Of a DNA stretch of 64,000 bases, positions 62,761 through 64,000 are shown in pieces (position 1 is the stretch's first letter; each line of letters opens with the position of its first letter). Source of the DNA: Podospora anserina (taxonomy: Eukaryota); NCBI GenBank assembly GCA_017654855.1, contig CM030337.1, positions 1,364,001 to 1,428,000 of the forward strand, read 5' to 3'. The position numbers and the translations under genes were made by a program. The notes under the pieces were generated by a model. It worked only from the letters and a program-made list of their open reading frames with translations. It was not told the origin of the DNA and made no database searches.

Positions 62761-63161
62761 TGTGACGAACCCCTGTACAGAACCTCTGAAAGGGATACTA
62801 GTTGAAGGTAACTTCTGACAATTGGTTCGGTGCAGCTAAATAGTGCACAACAAGATGTCTCAATCACAACAGCTAAGATACCACGATTGTGACTTGTCAT
62901 TGCATACTGCGGAACTGTCTATCTACACCAGCCAGTTCCTCCGTATATATAGACCTTGGGACCGTGGACCGTTGACTTACAGACGGTCCTCGGTCCACTC
63001 CTGATTGGCCGATACTGGACCGTGGACCGTGAGCCCCGCCGCGGTCCCCGGTCCCCATCTTATTGGTCCGTTCCGTCCACTCGGACCGTGAGCCCCGCTC
63101 GATCGCTCGGTCCAGTCCTGATTGGTCCCTCGTGGCCCCACTGTCTTCCAGAACCGTGACA
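62761..63161 (-). repeat. 5' LTR of element A; largely un-RIPed, different U3 subfamily
   Basis: TGTGACG...CCGTGACA; 62761-62955 matches the other LTRs, 62956-63161 is unrelated and GC-rich. Confidence 0.88.
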
Positions 63162-63208
63162 TTGTGCGGTTTGGTGGGTGTCCCGACAGATAAGCATTCA
63201 AGGCAGAT

Positions 63209-63244
63209 CTTATCTAGGGGAGAGCGGATGGGATCCCGAGTTCT
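63209..63244 (-). pseudogene. Internal fragment of 5S rRNA
   Basis: CTTATCTAGGGGAGAGCGGATGGGATCCCGAG matches 8782-8813 with 2 mismatches. Confidence 0.65.
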
Positions 63245-63329
63245 ACACTACTTCAGTTACGCCAAAAGCAGAAACTAGGGATCAGGAAAAAGTTGTCATC
63301 TTGACATACCTGTGCTGCTATTACGTTCT

Positions 63330-64000
63330 TCAAACAATATCCACGACCCTCATCACCGCATGCCTCATCATCTCCCCAGGCGCCTGCTCCTCCTGGTCAA
63401 ACGAAGGTCGATTTGCAAAGTTGACGATCCCCACACGGCGGTACGCATCATGGGGGGGTGACCATTTGAGAACCAGCCATGGGAATCGGTAATTGTAGTA
63501 TTGATCCGGGTGCTCTGGGTCGTCCCATGGAGAGTCAGGGTTGACGTTTACGTTGTCCTTGAACCCCTTTTTGGTGATGTAGATTTCTAGGCAGGAGACT
63601 TCGTCCGAGGCAGCTAAGGAGTCGGCTGACTGAGGGGCGTTGTGCCATTGGGGGATGTCGGGCGTTATGAGATATTGTTTGTTGCAGAGGGAGATGTATG
63701 CTTTGAGGGGGCTGCTGGGGTTCTCTTCTACGGGAGGGCCGAGGACGATTTTTGCTTCGACGCAGGGGCCGGAGAGGGTCAGCCGGGCATATGAGACTGG
63801 GCCGGTGGGATCGGGGCTGGAGAGTTCGGCTTTGTAGTTTAGGGCTGTGAGACGGGTGCTGATGCGGGGAGGGTTCATGACGTCGTCGAATACGCAGGGT
63901 TGGTTGATGGAACACCAGGACCAGGAAGGAGAACCAGGGATTCGGGCCGCTTCCTTGACGCGTAATGCCTTGGGGTTGGCATCGCGAGTCCAGGCTAGTT
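63330..64000 (-). CDS. 3' part of a HET-domain-type protein (continues beyond the window)
   Basis: Frame upstream of the annotated ATG reads LAW...PGSPSWSWCS, then DPTGPVSYARLTLSG and YRRVG, the typical C-terminal region of PF06985 proteins; the HET domain itself is not in the window. Confidence 0.65.
   Translation of the reverse strand, partial: LAWTRDANPKALRVKEAARIPGSPSWSWCSINQPCVFDDVMNPPRISTRLTALNYKAELSSPDPTGPVSYARLTLSGPCVEAKIVLGPPVEENPSSPLKAYISLCNKQYLITPDIPQWHNAPQSADSLAASDEVSCLEIYITKKGFKDNVNVNPDSPWDDPEHPDQYYNYRFPWLVLKWSPPHDAYRRVGIVNFANRPSFDQEEQAPGEMMRHAVMRVVDIV

Larger units (their letters stand above)
33549..63161 (-). mobile_element. Element A: outer Ty3/Gypsy chromovirus shell (crapaud-like), RIP-degraded and chimeric; hosts all other insertions
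   Basis: 3' LTR 33549-33919 next to PPT; chromodomain remnant to 35023; RH/RT remnant 35647-36437, resuming at 60490; gag ATG at 62703; 5' LTR 62761-63161; segments are reverse complements of element B. Confidence 0.8.

Noticed and set aside
33549..63161. Starship / Spok block or centromere
   Set aside because: No tyrosine-recombinase captain or Spok-like ORF is visible and all sequence is explained by LTR elements; centromere identity cannot be judged from sequence alone.

Overview
Eukaryotic, intron-containing DNA from a filamentous ascomycete (Sordariales; gene set, dispersed 5S gene and LTR type suggest Podospora). Bases 1-33.2 kb are an ordinary gene-dense region: GPI-type small protein, DUF7053-like protein, ORC4, a frameshifted secreted-protein pseudogene, 5S rRNA, FAD monooxygenase, CSC1/OSCA channel, NTF2-like protein, TSC1, DJ-1/PfpI, uL23m, MT-A70 methyltransferase, LEU5-like carrier and a thioesterase. 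Bases 33549-63161 are a nest of LTR retrotransposons: (A) a chimeric minus-strand chromovirus (crapaud-like) shell, (B) a complete plus-strand copy of the same family inside it, (C) a copia element plus a copia solo LTR, all degraded by RIP, and (D) a young, GC-rich 11.9-kb non-chromoviral Ty3/Gypsy element (44026-55900). Element D has identical 363-bp LTRs, a 4-bp TSD and a tRNA-Gln-type PBS. It is the standout: between pol and the 3' LTR it carries two divergent accessory genes, a Ulp1/SENP-like (C48) protease with an intact catalytic triad and a spliced Cys-rich DUF3716-like protein. The whole element is also sprinkled with ~29 GATCAG motifs, including 11 exact GATCAGAGGG copies. Together these suggest a self-encoded, sequence-targeted anti-silencing system (inference). 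The window ends in the 3' part of a HET-domain-type gene. All family assignments come from reading motifs by eye, not from database searches.
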